From a virus (lineage: Duplodnaviria > Caudoviricetes), in IMG/VR virus record IMGVR_UViG_3300042691_038938: a stretch of DNA of 64,000 nt. The stretch is one strand, 5' to 3'. The translations under genes were made by a program, and so were the position numbers. Below, in pieces: positions 61,861 to 64,000 of this stretch. Each line of letters starts with the position of its first letter. The first letter of the stretch is position 1. A model generated the notes under the pieces. The model searched no databases, was not told where the DNA came from, and was given only the letters and a program-made list of their open reading frames with translations.

Positions 61861-62166
61861 ATGAACACACCAGAAAATTTTATCAATTGGCTTGAGGGAT
61901 TCCTCGATGCATGTAAAAACAAACCAACTGCTCCTCAAATCAAGGAGATCAGAAAGAAGATATCAGATATCAAACCCTCAAGTGGTGATACTTATCAAGC
62001 TCTTTGGAATCCAAATGTTGAACCCATGCCTATGAATAGTTTCCCAACTATAGGACTAGTTCAACCAGACAGTATTGAACCAAATAATGGCCCACTAGAT
62101 GAAGCGTTTATGGCAGAAATTGAAAAAAGAAAGTCCGCTACTACAATGGACGAGCTTTTTGACTAA
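61861..62166 (+). CDS. Hypothetical phage protein
   Basis: MNTPENFINWLEGF start; 101 aa. Confidence 0.65.
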   Translation: MNTPENFINWLEGFLDACKNKPTAPQIKEIRKKISDIKPSSGDTYQALWNPNVEPMPMNSFPTIGLVQPDSIEPNNGPLDEAFMAEIEKRKSATTMDELFD

Positions 62167-62182
62167 AAAAAATAAGAAGAAG

Positions 62183-62830
62183 ATGAATGAGGATAAGTTG
62201 ATTTCTCTTATGGAGAACTTCACTGGTCAGAAATTCCAGTGGATCAAAACAAATAGACCTGAACTTTTAGGTAAGGTCGTGACTTGTAGAAATATTGAGC
62301 CTAGAGGAGATCGCTTTTTTGCTCAATTTGATGATGGGTCATCAGTGGACACCGCTCAATTAAACTCTAATCTTTTAATGATTAGCGGTGACATGCATCC
62401 TTTAACTAAAGCGGAAGTCGAGGCGATTTCAGGTCCACGTCGACCCACTACTTCTCCTGCCCAACAAAGACATTCTGCCGCACAACCTGCATCACAACAG
62501 ACTTCTCCACACATGGGAGCTCAGCCTGCGAATCAGCCAGTCTCTCATGCAGGCCCTAAAGCCAATATGTTTGACATGTTTAGTTCAGAAAACAGTCAGA
62601 TCAGTCTAAGCCTTCTAGTAAAGCTTCCAGACAAGAAGCTATTAAAGCTTATGTACACTAACGCTGAAGACAAGGAGAAGTTTTTAGAAGAACTTTCTGA
62701 GTACGTTTTTCGTGAGATAAATAAAACTGTAGTGAAGGAAGCCGTTTCTTCTATAGTAGTTCCTCCTGGACAGACTAAAAGAGAACGCACTGGACCTACT
62801 ATAACAGTGAACGAGATCCATGAAACTTGA
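62183..62830 (+). CDS. Hypothetical protein with a Gln/Pro-rich linker
   Basis: Likely start MNEDKL at 62183 within ORF 62099..62830. Confidence 0.65.
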   Translation: MNEDKLISLMENFTGQKFQWIKTNRPELLGKVVTCRNIEPRGDRFFAQFDDGSSVDTAQLNSNLLMISGDMHPLTKAEVEAISGPRRPTTSPAQQRHSAAQPASQQTSPHMGAQPANQPVSHAGPKANMFDMFSSENSQISLSLLVKLPDKKLLKLMYTNAEDKEKFLEELSEYVFREINKTVVKEAVSSIVVPPGQTKRERTGPTITVNEIHET

Positions 62831-63377
62831 TGCTTTTAACCAGACTGAAGAATACTCTGACGGAACCTATAAGGTTTTAAACTTTACCGGAGATAAGGGA
62901 AAATTCAAAAGAATTTCTTGTTCAAAGGAAGCAATATGTTTGCTTCCTTTTGACGTTAATGAAGACGGTAAGATCAAGAATGTGTATCTTGCTAAATACC
63001 ATGACTATGTCCTAGATGGACAGAACCACCGGTGTATCACAACTAGCCTGGAGCCTGATGATTTTGAGACCTATCATGATTCTTTGATCAGCTGTATTGA
63101 CCGTGAGTTAGGATTAGATGACGTTGAAGTCAATGACTTATATTATTTAGGCCAAGTTAGACACACTATCCCATTTACTAAGAATTATAAGTGTTACGCA
63201 GTAAATGTGACTAATTATTCAGAAGATCCTACTGGATTTACTCCTAAGCTATCGGATCCAACTGATAAGCTTCACTCTATCGATAAGGTACGATTTAGCA
63301 GAGTCATTAATGGAGAGATCTGTGATTCTTTAACTTTGTCCTGTGCGATTTTACTCATTTCTTACCTTTCTGAGTAG
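62820..63377 (+). CDS. Nudix-fold protein with a degenerate Nudix box
   Basis: CLLPF...TTSLEPDDFETYHDSLISCIDRELGL resembles the GX5EX7REUXEE layout without the catalytic residues. Confidence 0.5.
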   Translation: MKLDAFNQTEEYSDGTYKVLNFTGDKGKFKRISCSKEAICLLPFDVNEDGKIKNVYLAKYHDYVLDGQNHRCITTSLEPDDFETYHDSLISCIDRELGLDDVEVNDLYYLGQVRHTIPFTKNYKCYAVNVTNYSEDPTGFTPKLSDPTDKLHSIDKVRFSRVINGEICDSLTLSCAILLISYLSE

Positions 63378-63402
63378 AACTTTTATCCTTTTTTAAGTAA
63401 AA
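63378..63402 (+). promoter_or_regulatory. Putative early/middle promoter (AACTTTT-N11-AGTAAAA)
   Basis: Recurrent motif upstream of the recombinase gene. Confidence 0.55.
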
Positions 63403-63421
63403 GATAAAAAAATAGATAAAC

Positions 63422-64000
63422 ATGGCAAAAGTGAATGACGCTATCTCAGCGTTCAACAAATTCAATGACCTCCTTGAAAAGAAAGTAAAATCGAAAGTTT
63501 CCTTAATGGGATTTTCGGACATCGATGAGTACATTCCTACTGGAAACTATTTACTAAATGCTCAAATCTCAGGTTCAGTATTTGGCGGTTATCCAAACAC
63601 ACGTAGCATAGGCATTGCTGGTGATTCTGGCGCAGGAAAGACTTTCTTGTGTCTAAACGCTGTACGAGAGCTTCAAAAGAAAGATTATTTCGTCTTTTAT
63701 ATAGATACTGAGGGAGCAATCGACAGATCAGACTACATCAAGTTTGGAGTAGACCTAGAGAAATTAAAGTATCTTCGTATGGGTCTAATCAGCGACGTCA
63801 AGTTCTTTATCAATGACTTTATTGATACGATGAAGGAGAACCCTGGACTTAAAGCAGCAATCTTTGTTGATTCAGTTGGAATGCTTGATACTGATAAAAG
63901 CAAGAGAGACATGGACGCTGGTAAAAATGCAGCAGACATGGGACTAAGATCTAAGGAGCTTCGTGCGATGTTTAAGTCATTTACCCTAGATCTTTCAAAC
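63422..64000 (+). CDS. uvsX: RecA/UvsX-like recombinase, 3'-truncated by the window edge (not in the ORF track)
   Basis: My translation: YIPTGNYLLNAQISG...AGDSGAGKT...YIDTEGA...IFVDSVGML...DMGLRSK. Confidence 0.92.
   Translation, partial: MAKVNDAISAFNKFNDLLEKKVKSKVSLMGFSDIDEYIPTGNYLLNAQISGSVFGGYPNTRSIGIAGDSGAGKTFLCLNAVRELQKKDYFVFYIDTEGAIDRSDYIKFGVDLEKLKYLRMGLISDVKFFINDFIDTMKENPGLKAAIFVDSVGMLDTDKSKRDMDAGKNAADMGLRSKELRAMFKSFTLDLSN

Noticed and set aside
61577-61938. Frameshift or intron continuation of the polymerase
   Set aside because: None of the ORF-track translations downstream contains PolB motif B or C, and the following ORFs are tightly packed independent genes.

Overview
The window reads as part of a large T4-like (myovirus) jumbo phage genome in standard code 11. 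It has no tRNA, CRISPR array, integrase or transposase that I can see. Layout: (1) 0-9 kb, a + strand block of tail fibre/adhesin-like genes, three of them paralogues built from 15-aa Cys/Ser/Gly/Asn repeats. (2) 8.9-12.5 kb, a tightly coupled - strand operon: APS kinase, DUF2061-like membrane protein, HIGH-family nucleotidyltransferase, GT9, GT25 and sulfotransferase. This is a candidate self-contained sulfation/glycosylation system. (3) 12.6-38.6 kb, a mostly - strand virion block: tube-like, gp15-like and gp14-like proteins, a collagen/LVIVD fibre, very large structural proteins, gp55-like late sigma and a RuvC-like resolvase. (4) 38.9-64 kb, replication, repair and host-takeover genes: UvsE, two nucleases, GroEL, GroES, an S1-domain protein, NrdB/NrdA, an Hc1-like DNA-binding protein, gp32-like SSB, T4 RNase H-like nuclease, a dimeric dUTPase/dCTPase, the N-terminal half of a split PolB and UvsX/RecA, with a lysin candidate and the tail sheath gene interspersed. 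At least eight proteins start with a T4 capsid-targeting-like motif, and two promoter classes are visible. SD-less A-rich starts, the S1 gene and the Hc1-like gene suggest a Bacteroidota host (inference). All family calls come from motif recognition by eye; no database search was run.
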